Below are positions 18,003 to 28,081 of a stretch of 56,817 bases of DNA, piece after piece. Under the pieces are notes generated by a model. It did not search any database. It saw only the letters and a list, made by a program, of their open reading frames with translations, and was not told the DNA's origin. The DNA is from Patescibacteria group bacterium. Its GTDB lineage: Bacteria; Patescibacteriota; Patescibacteriia; UBA1558; GWA2-36-10. The DNA is taken from contig JBAZKN010000002.1 in NCBI GenBank assembly GCA_041650755.1, positions 135,030 through 191,846 of the forward strand. The letters run 5' to 3'. A program made the position numbers and the translations under genes. Every line of letters starts with the position of its first letter. The stretch's first letter is position 1.

Positions 18003-20927
18003 ATGCATCTCAATTCCCATTTCCATTTTTATAGCCGGATAGCAGCTAGTGTTTTAATTGGCCTATTTGGCTTTTTTTTGCTGCATATTTCCGTCGATAC
18101 CACTGCCCAGCAGGTGACAGTTTTTCACGAAATTCCAATTAGTGGTTGGGCTTGGTCAGATAAGGCCGGCTGGATTAGTTTGAATTGCATGAATGATTAT
18201 GATGGCGATGGCGATTTGGAAGATGGTTGTGTGGCTGGCCCCTGGGGTCTGCACGTGAAAAATGTCGATAATCAATCTTACATTCAAGGTTGCGCTTATG
18301 GTGTGACCGGCACTAATCAAAATGATACCTTGGGTTGGATATGTTTTTCTGATCCGGGCGGCGCTATCGCTACCCAAGCTCCTGCCAGTGGTGTGTCTTT
18401 TAGTGGTGGGAATGAGGATTATACTTATTATACTTGTGATGTCTTGGGAGGTGTTTGCCAGGCTAATCTATTGAACCCTGCCGATCAAGGTACAGATATT
18501 GGCCGGTCTTGTATGGATTTTTCTATTTGTAGTCAGGATTGCACCTATATTGATCCTAGCGACACAGTAAAACATTGCCAAGGCACAAGTAGAGTTTGTG
18601 TTGATGATAAGGATTGTGAATATGGCTGTGGTGGCGGCCCCAATAATCAATATTTGATGCGCGGTGTTTGTTATAATTATAGAGACGAGTCAGCCTACCC
18701 AGATAAGGAAATACTAAAGACCACTTATGATCCATTTGGTAATAATCCGCCTGTCGGTTGGCGCTATTGCTATGTAGGCCGTGATTGCTCCGGTTATCTT
18801 TCCGGGGGGATGGGGGAAGAGTGTATTTATCCTCAGGTTTTTGATCAGAGCCTTAATCAAGGCAGGGGGCGCTGTTTCAATGGTGTCTCTTACAGTGCGC
18901 AATTTTGTACCTATGATGATGATTGTATAAGTGGTTATTTTTGTTCAGTCACCTTTAATGATAATTTTATTGAATCGCCAGTAGTAGATTGCACCAACAC
19001 CACGCCGCCGTATAGTTGTAGCGATGGTTATCAATGTACAGAACATCAGCAAACCTTTGCTTCATATTCTAATGCCTTAAGCACAAATCCCGAGGATGCC
19101 AATGGCTATGCCAGTGTTTTGAAGCTGGAAAATCCAGCAGCGCCTCTTATTAATAATAAATTAGGGTTTCCATTATTTCTTGAGCTTGATCCAACCGAGC
19201 GTTCCAATATTCACAGCATGCAATATGATCCGGATAATCCAAATATAGATAGTAATAATCCTATTAACGGTTGCTTTAATTGTTATAAGCAGAAGACATT
19301 TGTTTGTAGCGGAAGCGGTGCGGCTTGTTCATGTAGCGATCCGCAGGCCAATAGCTGTAATAGCGCTGATTGCGTTGGCGGTGTTGATGATCGGTGTGTT
19401 TTAGTAGAAACTAAAAATTTTTGTGATAATTGTCTGGAGTATTTTTATTATACAGAGAACGATTTTCCTAAGGTGTGTGATAATAGCCCAGGCACAATTT
19501 GCACCAGTGATGCGTCTTGTCCATCCGGTGGCACCTGTCGGCAAACTACCTCAGGCAACAAATGTGTTGCTTTGCCCGATGAAACCCCAGCTTTGGGCTG
19601 TACTTTGGGGGTAAACTGCCCAGCTATAGATACTGAAGGCATACGGAACAGCTGTGAGAGCAGAAGCATAGGTAATATCAAGAAAGTCCTGATGGGCTAC
19701 AACTGTTTTGACTGTACGGTTGAGAATTTTGGTAATTCTTGCGAGCTAAATTCTTATAATAAAAATATTAATCGTTGTAAATCATGCTTATCTGTGCTTA
19801 GGGTGCCGGGTCTGACTTTGGATAACGAAAAAGACACCATAGTCGCTTCAGCTGATCCATTTGACGCTAATCAATACGGACGCTTATGCGGCTGGAGCTT
19901 TAATGGCGTGGATAAACCGGCCTCTGCATATAATAGTTTATTGGGTTGGATTCAGTTTTCACCGCGGATTACTACTAGCACTAATCCCTATTTCTCCGTG
20001 GACAGGGGCAGTATTTACAGCAAAAACAGAATTGTTTCTCCATATTATCCGCCATTCGGCAAATATAATGCCTCTTACATTATAGAGTCAGGCGGCAACA
20101 TTGTTAATTTTATAAGCTCCAGTACAGCAACCGGCCTATTTACCGGCGAGCTTAGCAATCGTCCGTATATAGATTTTTTGCAGCCAGTCGGTACTGATAA
20201 TAAGTTTGCCAATGCTTTGGGCAAGCTGGATTATAAGGGTCTTATCACCCCAGCTAAGACAGATGGCGTTACTGGTAAAAAATACAATAAATATGGTTCA
20301 GAAATACTTGAGTTTATTGACAGTGATGGGATTATATCTACCAATGATAGCTCTGGCTTTGGTGATCAATTTACCGCACCATTAAATGGCAAGGTTTTAT
20401 ATGTAGCCAAAAATGCCAGTGGCAATGCATCTTTGTATGTCCAAAATGTTTTGACGATTTTGGCCGGCAGCGGCAATACATCTGGCGCCGGTATTATTGT
20501 GGTGGATGGCAACCTGCATATTGATAGAAATATTGATTATGGCAGCAGCGCTAATTTGACAAACTTAAAACAGATACCATCATTAGTTTGGGTGGTGCGT
20601 GGTGATATCAAGGTAGATCCTTCGGTGACTAAAATAGCTGGTACATTTATTGCTTTGGGCAAGCCGACCATAGCCAATTGTTCTGCCGGGGTAGAGGGTT
20701 GCGGCCGATTTGTTTCCGGTTTTTATTATGTCGGCTCGCCAAGCCTGAGCAATCAATTGGTGGTTGTCGGCAATGTTTTGGCTAAAAAATTTATTTTAAA
20801 TAGGACATATATTGACCCCCTTACCGGTGCACCGGCCGAGCAGTTTATAAATGATGGCCGCTTGCAAACCAATCCGCCTCCTGGCATGACCGACCTTAGC
20901 AAAGTTATACCCAGGTTTACCCATTGA
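18003..20927 (+). CDS. Large cysteine-rich surface/pilus-associated protein
   Basis: N-terminal TM helix, GWAWS..GWISLNC, many short Cys modules, C-terminal GIIVVDGNLHI...LVWVVRGDI region. Confidence 0.75.
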   Translation: MHLNSHFHFYSRIAASVLIGLFGFFLLHISVDTTAQQVTVFHEIPISGWAWSDKAGWISLNCMNDYDGDGDLEDGCVAGPWGLHVKNVDNQSYIQGCAYGVTGTNQNDTLGWICFSDPGGAIATQAPASGVSFSGGNEDYTYYTCDVLGGVCQANLLNPADQGTDIGRSCMDFSICSQDCTYIDPSDTVKHCQGTSRVCVDDKDCEYGCGGGPNNQYLMRGVCYNYRDESAYPDKEILKTTYDPFGNNPPVGWRYCYVGRDCSGYLSGGMGEECIYPQVFDQSLNQGRGRCFNGVSYSAQFCTYDDDCISGYFCSVTFNDNFIESPVVDCTNTTPPYSCSDGYQCTEHQQTFASYSNALSTNPEDANGYASVLKLENPAAPLINNKLGFPLFLELDPTERSNIHSMQYDPDNPNIDSNNPINGCFNCYKQKTFVCSGSGAACSCSDPQANSCNSADCVGGVDDRCVLVETKNFCDNCLEYFYYTENDFPKVCDNSPGTICTSDASCPSGGTCRQTTSGNKCVALPDETPALGCTLGVNCPAIDTEGIRNSCESRSIGNIKKVLMGYNCFDCTVENFGNSCELNSYNKNINRCKSCLSVLRVPGLTLDNEKDTIVASADPFDANQYGRLCGWSFNGVDKPASAYNSLLGWIQFSPRITTSTNPYFSVDRGSIYSKNRIVSPYYPPFGKYNASYIIESGGNIVNFISSSTATGLFTGELSNRPYIDFLQPVGTDNKFANALGKLDYKGLITPAKTDGVTGKKYNKYGSEILEFIDSDGIISTNDSSGFGDQFTAPLNGKVLYVAKNASGNASLYVQNVLTILAGSGNTSGAGIIVVDGNLHIDRNIDYGSSANLTNLKQIPSLVWVVRGDIKVDPSVTKIAGTFIALGKPTIANCSAGVEGCGRFVSGFYYVGSPSLSNQLVVVGNVLAKKFILNRTYIDPLTGAPAEQFINDGRLQTNPPPGMTDLSKVIPRFTH

Positions 20928-21058
20928 TATTATTTGGCTCAAAGGGTGAAAATATGTTATAATTTAAGCTACAGTACATGTTCGCTTATCCTGATATGCT
21001 AGGAAAAATTTTAGGATATAAAAAATAAATTTTAGCTTATTTATATAGTAAAGAAAGT

Positions 21059-22240
21059 ATGAAATTATTTGCTAGTAGCGCCAGTTATCTAGGCATTGAT
21101 ATCGGCACTTCCAGTATTAAAATGGTAGAGCTGGAAAATTTGAAGGGTCAGGCGAAGCTCAAAACCTATGGTTATGCTGATGTGGCTACCAACATAATGC
21201 GGGGCACAGTAGAAAAAAATAACCAAGCCATCGCTGATTATATTAACTTGATTGCTCATAAATCTAGAATAGAAACCAAACAGGTGATAGCCGCTTTGCC
21301 CACTTTTTCTGTTTTTAACTTTATTATCTCTTTACCACCTATGCCCAAAAAAGATCTAGCGGCAGCTATTAAATGGGAGGCGAAGAAATTTATTCCAGTG
21401 CCCATTGAGGAGATGATTTTGGATTGGAAAATTTTGAATAAGAAGAAGATTAAGCCCAGCTCCGGAGCCATATCAGGCTTATTTAATAAAAAAATAGGTG
21501 GCAATCAAGCATCAGAAGAAATGCCGAATAGTGATGAACCAAGCGCCAAGGGCAATGTTTTAAATGATATGGTGAGCAATGTGGCCGGCACCAAAAATGA
21601 CGATAAAAATTATCGGATATTATTGACGGCTGCTCCAAAGAATTTAGTAGCCCGCTACATTGATATTTTTAAGAAAGCCAAACTTAATCTTTTGAGCCTA
21701 GAAACAGAAGCTTTTGCCTTGTCGCGTTCTTTGATAGGCAATGATACTTCTACTATTATGGTGGTTGATATCGGCTCCAGTAACTCAGATATATGTATTA
21801 TTGAAGATGGCGTACCAGTTTTAAACCGGGGCATAGATACTGGTGGCGAGTCTATTACTAAAGCTATTATGAATAGCTTGAATATTAATCAGGACAGGGC
21901 TGAGCAGTTTAAACGAGATTTTGGTCTAGCGGCAACCGGTAGCAATCAAAACATTCCCGATGTTATTCAGAAATCATTGAATTCTATTATCAATGAGATT
22001 AAATATATTTTTGAAATCTACCAACGACAGGGAGCGACCACTATTGATAAGATTATTTTGACTGGCGGCAGCGCTTGGTTGCCAAATTTACCCCAATATT
22101 TGTCAGATTTGTTGAAGTTGCCGGTGGTGATCGGCGATCCTTGGGATAGGATTATATATCCTTTGGATCTCAAACCAGTTTTGCAAGAAATTGGCCCGCG
22201 CATGGCGGTGAGCATAGGTTTAGCTATGCGTGATATTTAA
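21059..22240 (+). CDS. pilM: Type IV pilus assembly protein PilM
   Basis: LGIDIGTSSIK, VDIGSS, IILTGGSAWL, AVSIGLAMR. Confidence 0.93.
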   Translation: MKLFASSASYLGIDIGTSSIKMVELENLKGQAKLKTYGYADVATNIMRGTVEKNNQAIADYINLIAHKSRIETKQVIAALPTFSVFNFIISLPPMPKKDLAAAIKWEAKKFIPVPIEEMILDWKILNKKKIKPSSGAISGLFNKKIGGNQASEEMPNSDEPSAKGNVLNDMVSNVAGTKNDDKNYRILLTAAPKNLVARYIDIFKKAKLNLLSLETEAFALSRSLIGNDTSTIMVVDIGSSNSDICIIEDGVPVLNRGIDTGGESITKAIMNSLNINQDRAEQFKRDFGLAATGSNQNIPDVIQKSLNSIINEIKYIFEIYQRQGATTIDKIILTGGSAWLPNLPQYLSDLLKLPVVIGDPWDRIIYPLDLKPVLQEIGPRMAVSIGLAMRDI

Positions 22241-22255
22241 TAATGGCAGATAAAC

Positions 22256-23701
22256 ATGGCTGATGACAAAAAGATCAATTTGATGCCAGAAAATTTGCGC
22301 GGCAAAGAAGAATCCTTTAAGCCGAAGTCCGGTTTGCATTTGTCGCCAGACTTGTCATTGCCTGGTAAAACCTTTTCTCAACCCAAAGGCAGACCCAGCG
22401 GCAGCGATGTTTCTTTTTGGTCAAAATTGATCGGGGTTTTTGGGGCAAAATCAAAAAAAGTCAGTATTGATCAGTCGCCAAAAGTGAAGCAAGAAATGAC
22501 CGGTCCAGCTCACGACTTTGAAATACCAAAATTTGATTCACCGATAATGACAGCCAAGACTGCAGATTTTAAGATGCCAAAAAACGGACCAGAAGTGCGT
22601 CCGGGCATTACTAATAAGGCTAAGGTTGAAGAGAGCGGCAGTAAACCATCTTTTTGGCAAATATTAGCCAAATTTTTTCAAGGCAAGCCAAAAATACCCA
22701 AAGTTCCTCAACCCAAAAAGACCAACGGATCCATACTAGCTAATAGCGCAAAAAAGAATGGTTTTAAGCCAGAAATAGAAATGCGCATGCCCAAATCCGA
22801 GCCAGCACCAAAGGTGTTGCAGGAGTTGAATCGTCCAGCGGTGACAGAAAATAAAGTAGAAGATATTTTAGAAGTAAAAACTACTGCCGAAAAAGTCATT
22901 GCCCCCATACCGGAGCCAGAAATAAAGTTTGTACCAGAAAAAAAACCCGAGCCCTTAGTGGAGCCTATACCAGTGGCGCCGGTGATAGAAAAGAAAGAAA
23001 ATAATTTTATCATCCCAGAAATATCGGCTACCAAAGCCGCTAAACCAGAGGCACCAAGCGTTGAATTGTCGTCAGCTAAATTTCACCAACCAAGTGTTCG
23101 AGACAAGGGGCGTTTATTGGGGAATGGCAACGGCATTGATTTGGTGCCGACAGCCGCTCGGGTGCGCAGCTGGTTGCAGATCAGTGGCTTATTATTTTTA
23201 TCCATCTTAGCTTCAGTGATAGTTTTGGCTTTGTTTTATGGCGCCTTATATCTCCAAGAAAAAGATATAGCCCGCAAACAAAAAGTAGAACAAGAGAAAA
23301 TTACCGAAATAGAAAAGAACATCTTGAATTTTACTGAATTAAATAAAAATATCAGTGATTTGGGAGCAAAGATTAAATTGGTTCAAGAAACCCTGAACAA
23401 GCATATTTATTGGACAAACTTTTTCGCCTTGTTGGAAAAATATACCCTGCCGGACGTATTTTATAGCGGCCTGGCGGCCGGCAATAATGGCGCTTTGACC
23501 CTGTCAGCCACAGCCAGCAGCTATGATTCAGTAGCTAAGCAACTGAAGATTTTAGAAGATTCATCTGCTCAAGAATTTGTCACCTCTGTCAGAATCAATT
23601 CTGCCAAACAAGGTGAAAATGGCAATGTCAGCTTCACTATCAATTTAGTCTTAAACCCGAAATTATTTTATTATTCGCCAACCGATAACAATGGCCAGTA
23701 A
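22256..23701 (+). CDS. PilN-like protein with long low-complexity cytoplasmic N-terminal extension
   Basis: INLMP N-terminal motif (PilM-binding INLLP-like), single TM, coiled coil, C-terminal PilN-like domain; follows pilM. Confidence 0.7.
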   Translation: MADDKKINLMPENLRGKEESFKPKSGLHLSPDLSLPGKTFSQPKGRPSGSDVSFWSKLIGVFGAKSKKVSIDQSPKVKQEMTGPAHDFEIPKFDSPIMTAKTADFKMPKNGPEVRPGITNKAKVEESGSKPSFWQILAKFFQGKPKIPKVPQPKKTNGSILANSAKKNGFKPEIEMRMPKSEPAPKVLQELNRPAVTENKVEDILEVKTTAEKVIAPIPEPEIKFVPEKKPEPLVEPIPVAPVIEKKENNFIIPEISATKAAKPEAPSVELSSAKFHQPSVRDKGRLLGNGNGIDLVPTAARVRSWLQISGLLFLSILASVIVLALFYGALYLQEKDIARKQKVEQEKITEIEKNILNFTELNKNISDLGAKIKLVQETLNKHIYWTNFFALLEKYTLPDVFYSGLAAGNNGALTLSATASSYDSVAKQLKILEDSSAQEFVTSVRINSAKQGENGNVSFTINLVLNPKLFYYSPTDNNGQ

Positions 23702-24473
23702 AAAAAATATCCAATTTGAACAACCCTCCGAGATTTTGATTTTATTTAATCGCTATCTGATTATTATCATTGCGGTGATTGTTTTTGCTGTTTTGATGTC
23801 GGGGTATTTCTTTTTACTGAAACCAAAAATTAATACCAATAATGATTTACAATTAGAATTGAGTCGTATTCAGAATAATCAGCAGACTAGTCAGCATCTG
23901 TTGGATAGCCTTGAAAAACTAAAAGAACAATACGAGAGTATTGAAGTTTCCCGGCAAAATGATCTTGATCGAATTCGCCAGATGATACCCGATAATCCTC
24001 AAATAGCCGAGTTGTTTGTGGTTACCAATAGATTGGCAGTCAGCAAAGGCTTTAAACTAAACGGTATAAACATAGTTGATAATCAGGCAGAAAATACAGA
24101 GACGAAGACAGTCGAGCGAAATGCCAATGCTCTGGATAATGGTGCTCCGGCCACTGAAGTAAAAAAAGAAACAACTACCATTGAGAAGCCAAAAAATAGC
24201 CTAAATAGCATGCTGCTGCAGTTTAGCATTACCAAAATGTCCACCCAAGAATTAGCCGTAGCTAATCCAGATTTGGCCGGCCAATCAATTTTGGACAACA
24301 AGACAAACTATCAATTATTCAAAGAATATTTGGTTGCCCTGGAGGAAAATCTTCGTTTATTTGATATCCAGACAGTCGCTTTTAGCAGCATAGGCGAGAT
24401 CAGTCCGGAGCAAAACCCAAATGAAATACCGCGGCCAAGTTTTACGTTCACAGTAATGACATATTATCGTTAA
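23691..24473 (+). CDS. PilO-like protein
   Basis: TM helix, coiled coil, IPDNPQIAELF, LEENLRLFDI; gene order. Confidence 0.65.
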   Translation: MASKKNIQFEQPSEILILFNRYLIIIIAVIVFAVLMSGYFFLLKPKINTNNDLQLELSRIQNNQQTSQHLLDSLEKLKEQYESIEVSRQNDLDRIRQMIPDNPQIAELFVVTNRLAVSKGFKLNGINIVDNQAENTETKTVERNANALDNGAPATEVKKETTTIEKPKNSLNSMLLQFSITKMSTQELAVANPDLAGQSILDNKTNYQLFKEYLVALEENLRLFDIQTVAFSSIGEISPEQNPNEIPRPSFTFTVMTYYR

Positions 24474-24479
24474 ATATTT

Positions 24480-24836
24480 ATGGAAGATAAAAAGAGACTT
24501 ACTACTTTATTGATTGTTCTAGCTATAGCTTTGATAGCCGGTGGTTTGTATTTGTTTTTCGTAAATCGCGGCCTTGATTTCAGTTTTCTTCCGTGGTTTA
24601 AAAAGGATGAGACCACAACGGTTAGCCAGATACAGCAGATCGAGGCAGCTAAAAGATTGACAGAGCAAAATTTGCAAGATTTTGTCAGGGGTAATCGTTT
24701 GGACGACTTGGCAAGCGATGAGCAGTATCAGGATTTGCAAGGTTTGGATGTGAATATCAGCCTTGATAATCCGGGGAATACCCATCCTTTCACTACGCCG
24801 AGCACTGATGCTCCGGCTGCCAACCCCGGCACCTAA
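24480..24836 (+). CDS. Small membrane-anchored protein (PilP-position, GNTHPF motif)
   Basis: TM helix and C-terminal NPGNTHPF; lies between pilO-like and pilB. Confidence 0.55.
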   Translation: MEDKKRLTTLLIVLAIALIAGGLYLFFVNRGLDFSFLPWFKKDETTTVSQIQQIEAAKRLTEQNLQDFVRGNRLDDLASDEQYQDLQGLDVNISLDNPGNTHPFTTPSTDAPAANPGT

Positions 24837-24878
24837 AAGCTTAATAACAGGCCGGGCGAAATTTTCACCAGAGATTTT

Positions 24879-26615
24879 ATGACCCAAATAGAGACAAAAA
24901 AATTGCTTGACTGGCTCAAGCAGAACAATTTTATAAGCGCCGAACAGTATCAAGAGCTAGCGAATCAAACATTCGCTTCTTTTGCTGATATAGAGAAAGC
25001 AGTGCGTCGTCTGGTTTTGCTGTCAGATGAAGATTGGACGCAGGCCAAAGCAGTTTTTTATGGCATGGAATACGTCAGCTTAATAGGCCAGGCGATTGAT
25101 AGTCGGATATTAAATATTTTGCCAGTCGATTTAGCAGAGAATTATCAATTAGTAGTATTCGCTCAGCAAGGAGATAATATTTCAGCCGGTCTAGTAGATC
25201 CAAACAATCTCAAGGCCATGGAGGCTTTGAATTTTTTGGCGCGCAAAAAAAATTATCAAGTCAAATATTACATTATATCTGTTGATAGCTATCGGGCAGC
25301 TTTAAAACAATACGAAACTTTGGGTGAAGAAGTAGGGCAGGCCTTGGATACGGCAGAGGCCATCTTTGCGCCCCATGAGGAGGAACTGGCTGGCGGCGGG
25401 GAAGTCGGCGAAGTAGTAAAAAGCGCGCCAGTTTCCAAGATCGTGTCGGTGATTCTTCGTCATGCCATAGAAGGCCGAGCCTCTGATATTCATATCGAGC
25501 CAGTAGGTAAACAAAGCAAGGTTCGCTATCGTATTGACGGCATTTTACATACTACGATAGTTTTGCCGATCTATGTGCATGCTGCTTTAGTTTCTAGGGT
25601 AAAAGTCATGGCCAACCTAAAAATTGATGAGACGCGGGTGCCTCAAGATGGCCGTATACGCTTGAATATTCATAATAAAGATATTGATTTTCGTATTTCC
25701 ACTTTGCCACTCATGGGTCAGGAAAAAGTCGTGATGCGTATTTTAGAAACACCAGATAAAGCACCTACTTTCAAAGATCTGGGTTTCTATGGCTTGCAGG
25801 CCAAAGTAATAGAAGAAAATATTGAGAAGCCCCATGGGTTATTTTTGCTGACCGGCCCGACTGGTAGCGGTAAATCAACCACTCTGTATGCCGCTCTAAG
25901 TTATCTCAATAAAGAAGAAGTAAATATTGCTACCTTAGAAGATCCGGTAGAATATTATATACCTGGGGTGAATCAATCACAGATCAGGCCAGAGGTCAAT
26001 TTTACCTTTGCTACCGGCCTAAGATCATTATTACGCCAAGATCCGGATATTATTATGGTCGGTGAGGTTCGTGATAATGATACAGCGGAACTTGCTATTC
26101 ATGCCGGCCTGACAGGCCATTCTGTATTGACCACTTTACACACAAATGATGCTGTCGGCGCTGTGCCGCGCTTATTTGATATGCACGTTGAGCCATTCTT
26201 ACTAGCCAATACCTTGAATGCCGTCGTTGCCCAGCGTTTGGTGCGACGTATTTGCCCAAAATGCAAAACTGAAGAGAAATTACCACCCGCCCTGGACAGC
26301 GAGGTGAGGAATATGATTGCTAAATTACCCGACGAAGCTATATATGGCGGTCTAGACCGCAATAATATTAAGTTTTATAAAGGCCAGGGATGCATTAATT
26401 GCTCGCAAACTGGCTATAAGGGCCGCTTATCCATTGTCGAGGCTATAAACGTCACCCGTGAGCTTCAGGAGATTATTGCTAAGGGTTTTCCGCGCACAGC
26501 CGCTGAAGAAGAGCTAAAAAAGCAGCATTTTATCACCATGGAGGAAGATGGCGTTATTAAGGCGGCTTTAGGCATGACTACCATAGAAGAGGTCCTACGC
26601 GTCAGTAAAATGTAA
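24879..26615 (+). CDS. pilB: Type IV pilus extension ATPase PilB (GspE/PulE family)
   Basis: ASDIHIEP, RVPQDGR, GPTGSGKST, TLEDPVEY, DPDIIMVGEVRD, TGHSVLTTLH, CPKC/CINC. Confidence 0.95.
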   Translation: MTQIETKKLLDWLKQNNFISAEQYQELANQTFASFADIEKAVRRLVLLSDEDWTQAKAVFYGMEYVSLIGQAIDSRILNILPVDLAENYQLVVFAQQGDNISAGLVDPNNLKAMEALNFLARKKNYQVKYYIISVDSYRAALKQYETLGEEVGQALDTAEAIFAPHEEELAGGGEVGEVVKSAPVSKIVSVILRHAIEGRASDIHIEPVGKQSKVRYRIDGILHTTIVLPIYVHAALVSRVKVMANLKIDETRVPQDGRIRLNIHNKDIDFRISTLPLMGQEKVVMRILETPDKAPTFKDLGFYGLQAKVIEENIEKPHGLFLLTGPTGSGKSTTLYAALSYLNKEEVNIATLEDPVEYYIPGVNQSQIRPEVNFTFATGLRSLLRQDPDIIMVGEVRDNDTAELAIHAGLTGHSVLTTLHTNDAVGAVPRLFDMHVEPFLLANTLNAVVAQRLVRRICPKCKTEEKLPPALDSEVRNMIAKLPDEAIYGGLDRNNIKFYKGQGCINCSQTGYKGRLSIVEAINVTRELQEIIAKGFPRTAAEEELKKQHFITMEEDGVIKAALGMTTIEEVLRVSKM

Positions 26616-26629
26616 TTAAATTTATTTAT

Positions 26630-27004
26630 ATGGGATCAAAGAAAATTTTAGTTGTCGAAGATGATAGTTTTCTATTGTCGATGTATAGCACCAAATTAAA
26701 TCTGGAGAATTTTAAGGTTTCTACGGCTACGACCGGTCTTCAGGCTCTAAAAGTAGTAGCCAAAGACCAGCCGGACTTGATTTTATTGGATCTTAATCTG
26801 CCAGAAATGAGCGGTTTTGATGTTTTGGACAACCTTAAAAAAGATGTCGGCACCAAAGATATACCAGTGATCGTTTTGACTAATTATTCCCAAAAGGAAA
26901 ATATTGATAAGTGTTTTGCTTTGGGTGCGGTTGATTATTTAATCAAGGCTCATTTTGTGCCAGCTGAAGTGGTTGATAAGATCAAAAAGATTTTAAATAA
27001 ATAG
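26630..27004 (+). CDS. Single-domain response regulator (CheY-like)
   Basis: KILVVEDD, PDLILLDLNLPEMSG, IVLT, DYLIKA. Confidence 0.92.
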   Translation: MGSKKILVVEDDSFLLSMYSTKLNLENFKVSTATTGLQALKVVAKDQPDLILLDLNLPEMSGFDVLDNLKKDVGTKDIPVIVLTNYSQKENIDKCFALGAVDYLIKAHFVPAEVVDKIKKILNK

Positions 27005-27013
27005 TTTTTTTAG

Positions 27014-28078
27014 ATGTCTGATACTTTATTCATCAACAAAATTTTAAATATTGCTTTAGAGCGTCGAGCCACCGATGTGCATTTGGTGGCTGGGAATAAT
27101 CCTGTTTTGCGCATTGATGGTCGTTTGATAACTTTGACAGAGGAGCAGGTTTTGACGCCGGATCTGATTAGTTCGCTGATCGGTTCTTTTTTGGATAAAG
27201 AATTGGTGGATCGACTCAATGTAGAGCGGGAGATAGTCACTATTTATGCTTGGGCCAATCGAGCGCGTTTTCGAGCTAAGATTTTTTATCAAAAGGGATA
27301 TCTGGCCCTATCTTTGCGTTTAGTGCCGCCGGTCATTATGTCTCCCAAAGATTTGGGCATTCCACCAGCAGTTGCACAAGTTTTGTCCAAAAGCAATGGC
27401 TTAATAATTATTACTGGTCCTTATGGCAGTGGTCGCACAACTACAGCTGCTTCGTTGATTGAAACTTTAAATCATAATCGGGGACTGCACATCCAGACTT
27501 TGGAGCAGCCGATAGAATATTTGTTTACCAACAATCAGTCAATTATCGAGCAGCGCGAAATTGGCCGCGATGTGACTAGCTTTTCCCACGGTCTACAGAC
27601 GGCCGCTGATGAAGACGTGGATGTTATTTTGGTTTCATCTTTACATGAAGACGGTTTAGAAGAAATTATTTTAGAGCTAGCAGAAAGTGGTAAGCTGGTG
27701 ATAGTGATTATGGATGCCGATTCGGTTATTTCAGCTTTGGACAGGTTTATCAGCAATTTAGCTCCAGAAAGAAGGGCTTGGGGTCAGGCATTGTTAGCTG
27801 AAGTGCTACTAATAGCTATGGCCCAGCGCCTGGTCCCTAGAGTTAGCGGCGGCCTGAGTTTGGCTGTTGAGGTTTTGACTATGACGCCAGCCGTCAAATC
27901 CAGTATAAAAGACAGCCATTTATATCAGCTGAATAGTATTATGCAGACTTCGCGTGATGAGGGCATGATTCATATGGATAAATCTTTATGGGATTTGGTG
28001 CATGCGGGAGAAATTAATTCAGACGAGGCTATGAAGCTAGCTGATAATCCGCAAGCCTTTAAACAAAGCATCAAATAA
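27014..28078 (+). CDS. PilT/PilU-family protein with degenerate ATPase motifs
   Basis: ATDVHL, NRARFR, QREIGRD, QRLVP, LAVEVL, GMIHMD conserved; Walker A GPYGSGRTT and Walker B ILVSSLHE are non-canonical. Confidence 0.85.
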   Translation: MSDTLFINKILNIALERRATDVHLVAGNNPVLRIDGRLITLTEEQVLTPDLISSLIGSFLDKELVDRLNVEREIVTIYAWANRARFRAKIFYQKGYLALSLRLVPPVIMSPKDLGIPPAVAQVLSKSNGLIIITGPYGSGRTTTAASLIETLNHNRGLHIQTLEQPIEYLFTNNQSIIEQREIGRDVTSFSHGLQTAADEDVDVILVSSLHEDGLEEIILELAESGKLVIVIMDADSVISALDRFISNLAPERRAWGQALLAEVLLIAMAQRLVPRVSGGLSLAVEVLTMTPAVKSSIKDSHLYQLNSIMQTSRDEGMIHMDKSLWDLVHAGEINSDEAMKLADNPQAFKQSIK

Positions 28079-28081
28079 TTT

